A DNA stretch of 64,000 nucleotides from assembly GCA_963848495.1 (NCBI GenBank), contig CAWKDV010000003.1, positions 155,057-219,056 on the forward strand, in the 5' to 3' direction. The stretch's first letter is position 1. Every line of letters starts with the position of its first letter. Source of the DNA: an uncultured Thermoleophilaceae bacterium (lineage in GTDB: Bacteria; Actinomycetota; Thermoleophilia; Solirubrobacterales; Thermoleophilaceae). Below, piece after piece: positions 63,967 to 64,000 of the stretch. The translations under genes were made by a program, and so were the position numbers. Under the pieces are notes generated by a model that made no database searches, had not been told where the DNA came from, and worked only from the letters and a program-made list of their open reading frames with translations.

Positions 63967-64000
63967 ATGAAGACCATCGTCGTTGGCTACGACGACACGC
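63967..64000 (+). CDS. 5' end of a probable universal stress protein (partial)
   Basis: ATG preceded by AGGAGGA. MKTIVVGYDDT is the classic Usp N-terminus. Truncated by the window edge. Confidence 0.5.
   Translation, partial: MKTIVVGYDDT

Overview
The window is 64 kb of very high-GC chromosome. By eye GC is above 70%, with strong G/C at third codon positions, and the content looks like an Actinomycetota or Thermoleophilia-type genome. It is densely coding, with about 70 supportable genes, many joined by ATGA/GTGA/TTGA start-stop overlaps. I found no rRNA, tRNA, CRISPR array, transposase, integrase or prophage.

Main blocks in order:
- A Zn/Mn-type ABC-3 uptake operon with a Fur-family regulator, followed by two tandem DsbA-like genes.
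- An MMPL transporter with a NarL-type two-component pair.
- A GH15 glucoamylase.
- A 9.4 kb single-strand Kdp K+-ATPase locus with several non-canonical traits.
- A response-regulator / HEAT-repeat / processive GT2 / FTR1 operon.
- A Liv-type ABC importer.
- A GntR-linked one-carbon / O-demethylase cluster: LigM-like enzyme, metF, two MetE-like paralogs, a PPOX-class protein, and fhs and pdxH nearby.
- A solitary retron-type reverse transcriptase.

The strongest lead is that reverse transcriptase (54337-55638). It carries an unexplained N-terminal extension of about 100 aa. A structured 181-nt leader lies upstream, closed by long-range inverted repeats. No recognisable effector gene lies next to it.

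Secondary leads:
- An uncharacterised protein family present twice inside the Kdp locus.
- An unlisted micro-ORF coupled to kdpF.
- The gene order kdpF-A-C-B and a split KdpD.
- Two intergenic palindromes built from phased heptamer repeats.
- Shared operator-like boxes around the GntR cluster.
- Three apparent frameshifts, which may be assembly errors.

All calls rest on reading the translated ORFs, remembered family motifs and manual inspection. No database search was run.
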